A stretch of DNA of 64,000 nucleotides from Candidatus Omnitrophota bacterium (GTDB taxonomy: Bacteria > Omnitrophota > Gorgyraeia > Gygaellales > Profunditerraquicolaceae): contig JAKLGJ010000001.1 in assembly GCA_022710715.1 (NCBI GenBank), positions 298,041-362,040 of the forward strand, read 5' to 3'. A program made the translations under genes and the position numbers. This document shows positions 39,659 to 49,063 of this stretch, piece after piece. Below the pieces are notes generated by a model. The model did not search any database, was not told the origin of the DNA, and worked only from the letters and a program-made list of their open reading frames with translations. Every line of letters starts with the position of its first letter. The stretch's first letter is position 1.

Positions 39659-40225
39659 ATGCAAAACACACGCAGTTTGTCGTTGGTGGTAAGTTTGTCG
39701 GTGGTAAGCTTGATCCTGGGAGGCTGCGCTTTCCATACGTATAGCGTGACCAAAGAGCGCGCGGATCAGGATTTAAGTTCGGGAAACCGCGGTTTTAACC
39801 AGGGTACGGCGGCCCAGGACGCCACGCGCAAGACTACCCGCACCTACCGTGTCCTGGAAGTTGAGATGTTGCCGTTGAAAAAATCCGTGCAGCGGGAAAA
39901 GCGAGCAAAGTCCTCCGCCGCGGTGGAAGCGCCGGCGGCAGTCGAGCAGGCGTCGATGGAATCGGTAGAGGAGACGGCTGCCGCGTCCGCGGTGACCATG
40001 GAGCAGTATACCGTGCTATCCAACGATACGCTGCAGAAGATCGCCAAGAAATTTTACGGCTCCTCTTCCCGATGGAAGAAGATATTTGACGCTAACAAAG
40101 CCGTGCTTAAAGCCCCGGACCGGATCTATCCCGGACAGGTTCTGCAGATTCCCGTGGAATCCGCAGCGTCTCCAGCACCGGCCCAACCGGTATCAGAGGA
40201 GAAGCAGGCACCGTATTTGAAATAA
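39659..40225 (+). CDS. LysM-domain lipoprotein
   Basis: Lipobox LGGC. C-terminal LysM ([18 protein letters not shown]...GQVLQIP). Confidence 0.6.
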   Translation: MQNTRSLSLVVSLSVVSLILGGCAFHTYSVTKERADQDLSSGNRGFNQGTAAQDATRKTTRTYRVLEVEMLPLKKSVQREKRAKSSAAVEAPAAVEQASMESVEETAAASAVTMEQYTVLSNDTLQKIAKKFYGSSSRWKKIFDANKAVLKAPDRIYPGQVLQIPVESAASPAPAQPVSEEKQAPYLK

Positions 40226-40236
40226 ACCCAAAAAGT

Positions 40237-41205
40237 ATGGAAGAAAAGATCCGCATCAAGAGCCACGCGCAGGCCCAGGCGCTTTTCGGGCCGCGAGACG
40301 AAAACATCAAGGATATTGGGAAAAAGTTCAAGGTCAGGCTTTCTCTGCGCGGCGGTGACCTCAAGATATCCGGAACGGCTGCGCATATCGCCAAAGCCAG
40401 GGTATTCATCACGCAGCTGCTGGAAACGATCAGCCGGCAGGACGACGCGATCAGTTCGTCCGATCTGCACTTTGCCATGCGTGACCAGCCGCATGACCAG
40501 CCGCAGGGCGAAGGGCCGTTCATCCGTCAGCCGATCGATTCCCAGGTACGTCTTTCCCGCCATACCGCCAAGACTCCCGTCGGCCCAAAAACCAAAGGGC
40601 AGCGCGATTATTTCGAAGCCATCAAAAAGTACGATATCGTTTTCGGCATCGGGCCCGCGGGCACGGGTAAGACATATCTGGCTATGGCCTGCGCCGTGGA
40701 CGCGCTTAAGAACGCGGAGGTGCGCCGTATCATCCTGACGCGTCCGGCGATCGAAGCCGGGGAATCCCTGGGGTATCTGCCCGGGGACATGTTCGAGAAG
40801 ATTTCGCCCTATCTGCGGCCGCTCTATGACGCGCTCTACGATATGATGGACGCCGAACGCATCGAAAAGTACCTGGAAACCGGTATCATCGAAGTCGCGC
40901 CGCTGGCGTATATGCGCGGCAGGACGTTGAACGACGCTTTTATCATTCTTGACGAAGCCCAGAATTCCACCCCGGAACAGATGAAGATGTTCCTTACCCG
41001 CCTGGGATTCGATTCCAAGGCGGTAATCACCGGCGATATTACCCAGAGCGACCTTCCCGACGGAAAACCCGTGGGGCTGCTGCAGGCGATGGATATTCTC
41101 AAGGATATCAAGGGGATCAAATTTACTTTTTTCAGCGGCTCGGACGTCGTGCGTCATGAGCTGGTGCAGGAGATCATCAAGGCCTATGAAGAAACTACTC
41201 GCTAA
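40237..41205 (+). CDS. PhoH-like ATPase (YbeZ)
   Basis: P-loop GPAGTGKTYLA plus a PhoH core. Confidence 0.8.
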   Translation: MEEKIRIKSHAQAQALFGPRDENIKDIGKKFKVRLSLRGGDLKISGTAAHIAKARVFITQLLETISRQDDAISSSDLHFAMRDQPHDQPQGEGPFIRQPIDSQVRLSRHTAKTPVGPKTKGQRDYFEAIKKYDIVFGIGPAGTGKTYLAMACAVDALKNAEVRRIILTRPAIEAGESLGYLPGDMFEKISPYLRPLYDALYDMMDAERIEKYLETGIIEVAPLAYMRGRTLNDAFIILDEAQNSTPEQMKMFLTRLGFDSKAVITGDITQSDLPDGKPVGLLQAMDILKDIKGIKFTFFSGSDVVRHELVQEIIKAYEETTR

Positions 41206-42568
41206 GAAACCGACACCGGATACAAAATTCAAAAGGTTTTTGCTCACGATCCAGCCGTTTATAGGCGTTAGCATCGGCGCGGTGGCTACCTGTCTGGTCT
41301 GCGTTATCATGGGAATAAACCTGCTGGTGGGGCTGTGCCTGGTCTGTATCGCGCTATACGCGCGATTCCTGTATCCGAAACCCGACGCGTATGGCGTACG
41401 CATGCTGCACCTGCTTTTTTTGTTCGTCCTGGTCATCGCTACAAGTTATTTTATCTGCCAGGAACGTCTGCCGGCAACCGCGTTACCGTTAAGCGCGGCG
41501 TCGCTGCTGGCGGCGATACTTTTTAACGACCTGGTGGCGACTTTCCTGGTGACGCTGGCGGTAGCGGTCGCAATGACGGCTGTCTGCGGGAATAATTGTA
41601 ATCTGGGCCTGATGACTTTGATCAGCGGTATGGTCGGCGGGCTGCTGGTCAAGGGCGTGCGCAGGAGGCATACGGTTATCCGCGCCGGTTTTATCGCGGG
41701 CTGCGTGCAGGCGGGGTTGTTGTGGATACTCAACGGCTTTACCGTACTGAACCCCCGGGAGTACGCGCTGATGGTGGTCAACGGTCTGTTCTACAGCGTT
41801 ATCGTGCTGGGGACGTTGCCGATGTTCGAATACCTTTTCAAGACGGCCACCAACATCAGCCTGCTGGAGCTGGCGGATTTCAATCACCCGTTATTGCACC
41901 GCTTGATGCTCGAAGCCCCGGGTACCTATCATCACAGCCTTATCGTGGGTAACCTTTCCGAAGCCGCCTGCAGCGTGGTCGGCGCCAATTCGCTTCTGGC
42001 GCGTATCGGCGCGTACTACCATGACGTGGGCAAACTGGAGAAAGCGGAGTATTTCAGCGAGAATCAGGTGATCGATTCCAACAAGCACGACGATCTCTCT
42101 CCGACCATGAGCAAGATGGTGATCATGAACCATATCAAAGACGGAGTCGATCTGGCCAGAAAGAACAAGCTGAATCCGCGCATCGTCGATTTCATCCAGC
42201 AGCATCACGGTACGTCCCTGGTGTATTATTTCTATCGCCGGGCGCTCGAGAAGCTCGAGGATGACAAACAGGTGCAGGAAGAAGGCTTCCGTTACCCCGG
42301 GCCAAAACCGGCCACCAAGGAGATCGCGGTGGTGATGCTGGCGGATTCGGTGGAAGCGGCTACCCGCACGTTGAAGTCTCCCAATTCCGACAGCATTAAA
42401 GAGCTGGTGCACAAACTGATCAATAATAAATTCATCGACGGCCAGCTGGATAATTGCGATCTGACACTCAAGGATCTCGAGAGGATCGCCACTGTTTTCG
42501 TGCATATCTTATCCGGTATCTATCACAGCCGCATTTCCTATCCCGAACAAAAAAGCGGCTCATCGTGA
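41186..42568 (+). CDS. 7TM-receptor-linked HD/HDIG phosphohydrolase (YqfF/PgpH-like)
   Basis: About 7 N-terminal TM helices plus an HD domain (HSLIVGNLSE...YHDVGK). Confidence 0.7.
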   Translation: MKKLLAKKPTPDTKFKRFLLTIQPFIGVSIGAVATCLVCVIMGINLLVGLCLVCIALYARFLYPKPDAYGVRMLHLLFLFVLVIATSYFICQERLPATALPLSAASLLAAILFNDLVATFLVTLAVAVAMTAVCGNNCNLGLMTLISGMVGGLLVKGVRRRHTVIRAGFIAGCVQAGLLWILNGFTVLNPREYALMVVNGLFYSVIVLGTLPMFEYLFKTATNISLLELADFNHPLLHRLMLEAPGTYHHSLIVGNLSEAACSVVGANSLLARIGAYYHDVGKLEKAEYFSENQVIDSNKHDDLSPTMSKMVIMNHIKDGVDLARKNKLNPRIVDFIQQHHGTSLVYYFYRRALEKLEDDKQVQEEGFRYPGPKPATKEIAVVMLADSVEAATRTLKSPNSDSIKELVHKLINNKFIDGQLDNCDLTLKDLERIATVFVHILSGIYHSRISYPEQKSGSS

Positions 42569-42588
42569 AACGCTGCCGGCAGTCACGC

Positions 42589-43008
42589 ATGCCCGGACAA
42601 CCGACTGTACATATAACCAACAAGCAAAAGAAGATTCCCATTGATCGTGCGGCATTCAGAGCGCTGGTGCGGCGCGTCCTGGAAGCGGAGAAAGGTCCGC
42701 AACCCGGCCAGATCGGCGTCTGTTTCGTCGACGACCGGGCCATACGGCGACTCAACGCTCAATTCCATCACCGTGACGAGCCGACGGACGTTTTGTCTTT
42801 CCCGTTGAGCGGAACGGACAGAACGCTGGTCGCGGATATCGTCGTTTCCACCGAGACCGCCTGCCGGCAGGCCCGGGCGTATCGCAGTTCTCCCCGCCGG
42901 GAAACCGCTCTGTATGTGGTGCACGGACTGCTGCATCTGCTGGGGTACGACGATCATTCCCGTAAAGACCGGCTGCGCATGCAGCGCAGACAACGAAAGT
43001 ATCTCTAG
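42589..43008 (+). CDS. ybeY: rRNA maturation endoribonuclease YbeY
   Basis: HGLLHLLGYDDH zinc-binding motif. Confidence 0.8.
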   Translation: MPGQPTVHITNKQKKIPIDRAAFRALVRRVLEAEKGPQPGQIGVCFVDDRAIRRLNAQFHHRDEPTDVLSFPLSGTDRTLVADIVVSTETACRQARAYRSSPRRETALYVVHGLLHLLGYDDHSRKDRLRMQRRQRKYL

Positions 43009-43010
43009 CC

Positions 43011-43775
43011 ATGGCTATCCTTAAAACCCAGGCATTTGTGCTCAAACGCTATGATCTGCGGGAAACCTCGCTGCTGGTCAATTTTTATACCCGCGATTTC
43101 GGCAAGCTCACCGGCGAAATGAAAGGGATCCGCAAAGACCCCCGGAAATTCGCCAGTACCGTGGACAGCTTCTCCCTGAACGAGATCGTTTTCTACCAGC
43201 GCCGTAATTCTTCGGTGCATCTGATCAGCCAGTGCGACAGCTGCGAGCATTTCGGGCCGCTGCGGGAAAGTATACCCAAGATCGCCGCCGCGACGGTGAT
43301 GATGGACCTGCTCGATGCGGTCATGCCGCCTGAAGACAAGAATCCCGAGATCTTCGATCTGACCAGGGATGTGCTGACCGCTTTATGCACGGCCAGGGAT
43401 TTCGATAAATTACTGACTATTTTCAAAATCCGGGTGCTTTCCCTGTCGGGTTTTAAACCGCATCTTGATTCCTGCGTCATCTGCGGCAGGAAAGTATTCA
43501 TGCAGTGTAAGTTCAGCCTGAAGCTGGGAGGTTTGCTCTGCCCGCACTGCCTGGCCAGGGACGTGCAGGGTCGTACCATTTTCAGGGGCACGGTGGCGAC
43601 GATCATGCATATCGAAAAGAATACCGTCGGGGCAAATCTTACTCTGGGGATGAATCCGCAGATCAAACGCGAGCTGGAGGCGGTACTCAACGCTTTCCTG
43701 CATTTTCACGTGGGCAAAGAGCTTAAGTCGCAGCGGGTGATGCAGAGCCTGGAGCAGGCCGGCGCATTCACCTGA
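43011..43775 (+). CDS. recO: DNA repair protein RecO
   Basis: N-terminal OB fold (QAFVLKRYDLRETS) and a C-terminal Cys4 zinc motif (CVICG...CPHC). Confidence 0.8.
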   Translation: MAILKTQAFVLKRYDLRETSLLVNFYTRDFGKLTGEMKGIRKDPRKFASTVDSFSLNEIVFYQRRNSSVHLISQCDSCEHFGPLRESIPKIAAATVMMDLLDAVMPPEDKNPEIFDLTRDVLTALCTARDFDKLLTIFKIRVLSLSGFKPHLDSCVICGRKVFMQCKFSLKLGGLLCPHCLARDVQGRTIFRGTVATIMHIEKNTVGANLTLGMNPQIKRELEAVLNAFLHFHVGKELKSQRVMQSLEQAGAFT

Positions 43776-43806
43776 AGCTGTCAGAGCGCCTGGTTAGCGG
43801 CGAGTA

Positions 43807-43955
43807 TGTTCTAAAGCATCACCGCTCGTCCTGCCCACCGTGCAGGACTCGCTTGGAGAAGCTGCTCGCTCGTCCCTGAAGCAATAGCGGGACACCCTGG
43901 CCGCTCGCATCTTCTACATGCTGCTTTAGAACACACTCGCCGCCAATCGAGTATT
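43807..43955 (+). ncRNA. Candidate structured RNA or element, copy 2. A ~20-bp outer stem and a 7-bp inner hairpin (GTCCTGC/GCAGGAC), then the same conserved core as 28174..28327.
   Basis: Outer IR GGCGAGTATGTTCTAAAGCA / TGCTTTAGAACACACTCGCC. The core is about 85% identical to copy 1. Confidence 0.35.
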
Positions 43956-44000
43956 CTGGCAGCTTACTATGCGGTCGAGGAGAATGGAGGGATCGAATAT

Positions 44001-44936
44001 ATGAAAATCGCGATCATCGGGCCGGGAGCGCTGGGCAGTCTTTTCGCCGCGCTGTTGACCAAGCACAAATCCAAAGATAACGAGATCTGGCTGCTGGATA
44101 AGGATGAGAAACGCGCGGTCCGTCTGAACCGTCAGGGGATCGCAGTGGAGGGAGTAGCCGGCAACTGGCAGGCGGCGGTCAAGGTGACCGCGGATCCGGC
44201 AGGTATCGGCACGTCCGATCTGGTCATCCTCTGCGTCAAGTCCTATGATACCAAGGCGGCGATGACGCGGGCGCAGGCATTGATCGGCGACGCGACTGCG
44301 GTGTTGACCGTGCAGAACGGCATCGGCAATGTCGAGCTGATCGGGGAGGTCGCCGGTCCCGAGAAAGTCATCGGCGGGGTGACCAATCTGGGAGTGACGC
44401 TGCTGGAAGCCGGTAAGATCCGGTATTGCGGCAAAGGGGATACGGTCATCGGAAAGATAGACGGTAAAACTTCGGTTCAGATGCGGGCAATCCGCGAATT
44501 GTTTAACGGCGCGGGGCTCGATACCAGGATATCCCAGGATATCAAAGGTTTCCTCTGGTCGAAGCTGGTGATCAACGCGGGGATCAATCCGCTGACCGCA
44601 CTGACCCGTTTGTCCAACGGCAAACTGCTGGATTATCCCGGAGCCAGGAAACTCCTGCGCGAGGCGGTAACCGAAGCGGTAAAGATCGCCAAGCGCAAAC
44701 GCATCAAACTGCTCTACGATGATCCGCTCGCCAAGGTTGAAGCGGTATGCGAGGCGACCGCGGATAATATGTCTTCCATGCTGCAGGATGTTTTGCACGC
44801 CAAGCGTACCGAGATCGACGCCATCAACGGAGTGGTGGTGCGTTTCGGCCAGGAATTGGGGGTTACCGTGCCGGTTAATTCGACGCTGGTGGATCTGATC
44901 AAAACCATCGAATCCAGCTACTCCGCGCAGGAGTAG
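44001..44936 (+). CDS. panE: 2-dehydropantoate 2-reductase
   Basis: MKIAIIGPGALGSLFAALL Rossmann N-terminus. ApbA family. Confidence 0.75.
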   Translation: MKIAIIGPGALGSLFAALLTKHKSKDNEIWLLDKDEKRAVRLNRQGIAVEGVAGNWQAAVKVTADPAGIGTSDLVILCVKSYDTKAAMTRAQALIGDATAVLTVQNGIGNVELIGEVAGPEKVIGGVTNLGVTLLEAGKIRYCGKGDTVIGKIDGKTSVQMRAIRELFNGAGLDTRISQDIKGFLWSKLVINAGINPLTALTRLSNGKLLDYPGARKLLREAVTEAVKIAKRKRIKLLYDDPLAKVEAVCEATADNMSSMLQDVLHAKRTEIDAINGVVVRFGQELGVTVPVNSTLVDLIKTIESSYSAQE

Positions 44937-44961
44937 CGGGCGGGTTCGTTCTCATATAGTC

Positions 44962-46668
44962 ATGAAAAACGCTCTTGTCGCTGAAATTTTTCGCAGTATC
45001 GCGCAGATTCTGCAGATTCGCGGGGATAATCGCTTTCGCATCCGGGCCTATGAGCGCGCCGCGGCAAATGTCGAAGGGTATGCCGAAGACATCGAATCCG
45101 TGGCCCGGCAGGGGCGGCTGCAGGAGATCCCGGGTATAGGCGAGGATTTGTCCGAAAAGATCGAAGAGATCGTGCGCTCCGGGAAATTGAAGTTCCTGGA
45201 TGAGCTTAAACGGGAAATTCCTTCCGGCGTTCTCGACTTGTTGTCCGTTCCCACCGTTGGTCCCAAAACCGCCCAGATACTTTACCGGCAACTGCATATC
45301 GACAGCATCGCCGCGCTGCGCCACGCCATCGAAGCGCATCAACTGCAGGCGCTCGCCGGGTTCAAAGAAAAAACCATAGAGAATATCCGCAAAGGCGTCG
45401 CTCTGGTGGAAAAAAGCCGGGAACGCATGACCTTGCATCAGGCGATCCAGGTATCCGAAAAATTCGTCAGCGCCCTCAAAAAGCTTCCCCGGGTGGAGGA
45501 GATCGTCTGCGGCGGGAGCCTGCGCCGCTGTAAGGAGAGCGTGCGCGATATCGATATCCTGATCGTTTCGGGCAATCCGCAGGCAGTGATGGACGCTTTT
45601 TGCGCTCTGCCGATGGCCAAAGAGATCCTGGCGCACGGGCAGACCAAAGCTTCGGTACGCACGCCGGCCGGAGTGCAGGTGGATTGCCGGGTAGTGGAGA
45701 AAAAAGCTTTCGGCGCGGCGCTGGTGTATTTTACCGGTTCCAAAAATTTCAATATCAAATTGCGGATGCTCGCCCAGAAGAAGAAGGCCAAGATCAACGA
45801 GTACGGCCTTTTCAAAGGCGAGCGTTTCATCGCCGGAAGGACAGAAGAAGAGCTGTTTAAAGCCCTGGGCATGCAGTTCGTCGATCCCGAGATCCGCGAA
45901 GATACCGGCGAGATCGAGCTGGCCCTGCAGGGGCGTCTGCCTCGGTTGGTCGAGCACAAAGACCTCAAAGGCGATCTGCATATGCATTCGGCCTGGTCCG
46001 ACGGGATCAGCAGCATCGAAGAGATGGCCCGGTCCGCCCGCAGCCTCGGCTACAGCTATATCGCGGTCACCGATCACTCCCAGGGGTTGAAAGTAGCCAA
46101 CGGGTTAAGCCCGGCGTCCCTGCTTAAAAAACGCAAAGAGATCGACGCGCTCAACCGGCGCCTGCGCGGTGTGCGCGTTTTATTCGGCGCGGAAGTGGAT
46201 ATCGATGCCGAAGGCCGGCTGGATTATCCGGACGCGATTCTCAAGGAATTCGAGATCGTGGTCGGGGCCATACACTCCGGGTTTAAACAACCGGCCGGGC
46301 AGATCACCCGCCGTCTTATCCGGGCCTGCGAAAATAAGTATGTGCATATCATCGCGCATCCGACGGGAAGGTTGATCGGGTCGAGGGAAGCCTATGCGTT
46401 CGACATGGAAGCGGTGCTGCGCAGCGCCGCCAGAACCCGCACCGCGCTGGAGATCAATTCTTTTCCCGACCGCATGGATCTCAACGATACGCATTGCCGC
46501 ATGGCCAAAGAAGCGGGGGTGCGCATCAGCATCAATACCGATTCGCACGCCGCGGATCAATTGACCAACATCCGTTACGGCCTGGCCATGGCCCGGCGGG
46601 GCTGGCTGGAAGCCGCAGATGTTCTCAACACGCTGCCCCTGGACCAGCTTCTCCAGGAGCTGAAATGA
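44962..46668 (+). CDS. polX: Family X DNA polymerase with a C-terminal PHP domain
   Basis: Pol-beta-like N-terminus (GIGEDLSEKIEEIV, RRCKESVRDIDIL) plus a PHP C-terminus (DLHMHSAWSDG). Confidence 0.8.
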   Translation: MKNALVAEIFRSIAQILQIRGDNRFRIRAYERAAANVEGYAEDIESVARQGRLQEIPGIGEDLSEKIEEIVRSGKLKFLDELKREIPSGVLDLLSVPTVGPKTAQILYRQLHIDSIAALRHAIEAHQLQALAGFKEKTIENIRKGVALVEKSRERMTLHQAIQVSEKFVSALKKLPRVEEIVCGGSLRRCKESVRDIDILIVSGNPQAVMDAFCALPMAKEILAHGQTKASVRTPAGVQVDCRVVEKKAFGAALVYFTGSKNFNIKLRMLAQKKKAKINEYGLFKGERFIAGRTEEELFKALGMQFVDPEIREDTGEIELALQGRLPRLVEHKDLKGDLHMHSAWSDGISSIEEMARSARSLGYSYIAVTDHSQGLKVANGLSPASLLKKRKEIDALNRRLRGVRVLFGAEVDIDAEGRLDYPDAILKEFEIVVGAIHSGFKQPAGQITRRLIRACENKYVHIIAHPTGRLIGSREAYAFDMEAVLRSAARTRTALEINSFPDRMDLNDTHCRMAKEAGVRISINTDSHAADQLTNIRYGLAMARRGWLEAADVLNTLPLDQLLQELK

Positions 46669-46766
46669 GGGGACAGGAGCTGAAATGAGGGGACAGGTCC
46701 ACCCAAAACAGCTCGTCGAGAAAATCGGACAGATGTGTCCCCTTCGTAAATTGCTGTGTCCCCTTC
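46669..46766 (+). repeat. GGGGACA-family repeat copy D, with a 20-nt tandem duplication spanning the polX stop (46655-46674 equals 46675-46694)
   Basis: AGGAGCTGAAATGAGGGGAC occurs twice in tandem, then GGTCCACCCAAAACAGCTCGTCGAGAAAATCGGACAGATGTGTCCCCTTCGTAAATTGCTGTGTCCCCTT. Confidence 0.7.
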
Positions 46767-46783
46767 GCAAAACGCAAGCCGCA

Positions 46784-47731
46784 ATGCCAGGTTATCCACA
46801 GGCCTTCCGGGACTGCCTGTGGATAACTTTTGCGCTGCTGGTTTTCATCGGTTGCCGGCCGCAGGAGCCGGTGATGCACCGTCAGACCCGGGTGATGATG
46901 GGCACGTTCGTAGAAGTGGTTTCCCCTGACCCGCGCGCCGGAGATATCGCTTTTAAAGAAATCGGACGCGTTGAAAATCTGTTGAGCAAATACAAACCCG
47001 ACAGCGAGATCGCGCAGCTCAACAAACTCGGACGGCTCAAGGTTTCCCCGGCCACCTGGTTCATTCTGACCAAGGCCAAAGAATTCTGGTACGCTACCGA
47101 CGGAGCTTTTGATATTACCGTCGGGCCACTCATGGATATCTGGGGTTTCACCGGGAAGCAATTCCGCATCCCTTCCGACGGAGAAATTACCGCGGCGCGG
47201 CAGTCGATCGGCGCGAATAAAATTATTTTTCACGAAGCTAATAGTGTGGTAGAATTGGGTATTCCAGGGATGAAAATCGATCTGGGCGCCGTGGCTAAAG
47301 GATACGCGGTTGATTGCGCAGTGCAGGCTTTGCGCGCCGCCGGTATCTCCAGCGCGTTAATTAACGCCGGAGGCCAGATCTATTGCCTGGGCGTCCGAAG
47401 CAGCACGCCCTGGCGCGTGGCTATCCGCGATCCCCGTGGTAAGGGAACGTCGAAGTCCGTCGATATGACGGACAAAGCCATCGCTACATCCGGCGATTAC
47501 GAGCAGTATTTCATCGTCGGCGGCAGGCGCTATGCGCATATCATGGACCCGAAAACCGGCTATCCGTCCGAGTCCGGGGTGGTTGCGGTGACCGTGATCG
47601 CCGATGACGGATTAACCGCGGATTTTCTGTCCACCGCTATATTTGTACTGGGTAAAACAAAGGGCCTGGCGTTAGTGAAACGTTTCCCCGGCGCCAGGGT
47701 TACCATAGAAGGTCCGCATGAACCAGATTAA
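46784..47731 (+). CDS. apbE: FAD:protein FMN transferase (ApbE family) lipoprotein
   Basis: Lipobox (LLVFIGC) plus ApbE motifs (MGTFVEVV, DLGAVAKGYAVD). Confidence 0.75.
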   Translation: MPGYPQAFRDCLWITFALLVFIGCRPQEPVMHRQTRVMMGTFVEVVSPDPRAGDIAFKEIGRVENLLSKYKPDSEIAQLNKLGRLKVSPATWFILTKAKEFWYATDGAFDITVGPLMDIWGFTGKQFRIPSDGEITAARQSIGANKIIFHEANSVVELGIPGMKIDLGAVAKGYAVDCAVQALRAAGISSALINAGGQIYCLGVRSSTPWRVAIRDPRGKGTSKSVDMTDKAIATSGDYEQYFIVGGRRYAHIMDPKTGYPSESGVVAVTVIADDGLTADFLSTAIFVLGKTKGLALVKRFPGARVTIEGPHEPD

Positions 47732-49061
47732 ACCTGATTACTCCAAACCGACTCCTAATCCCGTCTTCACTTATTTCTCCGCGTTCATGGACCAGGAAGT
47801 GCTGGATACGCGGGGAGAGCGGATCGGCCGGCTCTACGATATCATCGTCAAGGTCGCGCAGATCTATCCCCAGTCCACCAGCCTGATCGTGCGCAAAGGA
47901 TTCCCCAACCATAAATACGCGCTGGTCCCCTGGCAGAACGTTTCGCAGCTCAATCCCAGAGAGATCATTCTCAATATAGAAAAATCGAGCCTGGTTTTCG
48001 CCGAGAAGCACGACAATAAAGACGAATTGAGCCTGCGTCGGGATATCCTCGACCAGCAGGTGGTCGATACCTACAACCACAAAGTCATCCGGGTCAACGA
48101 TATCCATTTCCTGCGCGTGGAGAACAGCCTTACCGTGGCGCATGTGGATATAGGCGGCCGCGGACTGGTGCGCCGGCTGGGGTTCGAGAAATGGGTCGAC
48201 CTGATATGCAAGCTTATCCATCCCGGCGCGCGGTACCTGAAACTCGAGCGATTGATCCCCTGGAAATACATCCAGCCGCTTTCCATCAATCCCGCGAGCA
48301 TGACCATCAAGATCAACGTGCCCCAGAAACAGCTGACCAATATCCCCGCGGCCGATCTGGGCGAGATACTCCAGGACCTGCCTTTGACCGACCAGGTGGC
48401 TTTGTTCAAATCCCTCGATCTGAACACCCGGGCCAAGGTGTTCATGAACGTCGATTTCAAGACCCAGCATTTCCTCATCGAGGAGCTTGGTTTCGCCGAG
48501 ATCGCCACGATCATCAACGTCATTCCTTCGGACGAAGCCACGGATTTCCTGGAGAAACTTCCCAAAGAAGAGACCAAAGAATTCCTGAAGATCATGGAGA
48601 GCAAGCAGGCCAAGAAACTCTCGGAGCTGCTGGGGTATTCCAGCGATTCCGCCGGCGGTTTGATGACCACGGAATACCTTTCCTGCGGCAAAGGCCAGAC
48701 CGTCGGCCAGGTGATCCAGTATATCAAGGAAAAAAGTTTCAAGGTCGAGCCGGCGCAGTATGTCTATCTGGTGGATAACGAAAACAAACTTCTGGCTTCG
48801 GTGAATTTCAAACGTTTGATGCTCGCCGCCAACGAAGAACCGGTGGAGAAAGTGGCTTTTCCGAAAACATACTTCGTCAAGCTCGATTCCAGCGTCAAGG
48901 AAGTGGCGTATCTGATGGAAAAGTATAAATATTACGCCATTCCGGTCGTCGACGAGCACAATGTGCTTAAGGGCATCGTCACGGTGGACGATATTTTGAG
49001 CCAGGTCATCGCTATCGCCTGGCGCCGGCTCAAGAAGATCAACATAACGCCAAAACAGTAA
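47718..49061 (+). CDS. Soluble MgtE-N-domain plus tandem-CBS-domain protein with no transmembrane domain, preceded by a PRC-barrel-like N-terminus
   Basis: MgtE_N-like helical region (ILQDLPLTDQVALFKSLD...) and two CBS motifs. It ends directly after the CBS pair. The stop lies 2 nt before the Nramp start. Confidence 0.55.
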   Translation: MNQIKPDYSKPTPNPVFTYFSAFMDQEVLDTRGERIGRLYDIIVKVAQIYPQSTSLIVRKGFPNHKYALVPWQNVSQLNPREIILNIEKSSLVFAEKHDNKDELSLRRDILDQQVVDTYNHKVIRVNDIHFLRVENSLTVAHVDIGGRGLVRRLGFEKWVDLICKLIHPGARYLKLERLIPWKYIQPLSINPASMTIKINVPQKQLTNIPAADLGEILQDLPLTDQVALFKSLDLNTRAKVFMNVDFKTQHFLIEELGFAEIATIINVIPSDEATDFLEKLPKEETKEFLKIMESKQAKKLSELLGYSSDSAGGLMTTEYLSCGKGQTVGQVIQYIKEKSFKVEPAQYVYLVDNENKLLASVNFKRLMLAANEEPVEKVAFPKTYFVKLDSSVKEVAYLMEKYKYYAIPVVDEHNVLKGIVTVDDILSQVIAIAWRRLKKINITPKQ

Positions 49062-49063
49062 CA

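Noticed and set aside
46685-46783. ORF-track start of the apbE ORF inside the repeat (MRGQVHPKQLVEKIGQMCPL...)
   Set aside because: The N-terminal 33 codons are translated from the GGGGACA repeat and a tandem duplication. A lipoprotein-type start (MPGYPQAFRDCLWITFALLVFIGC) at 46784 matches the ApbE family.
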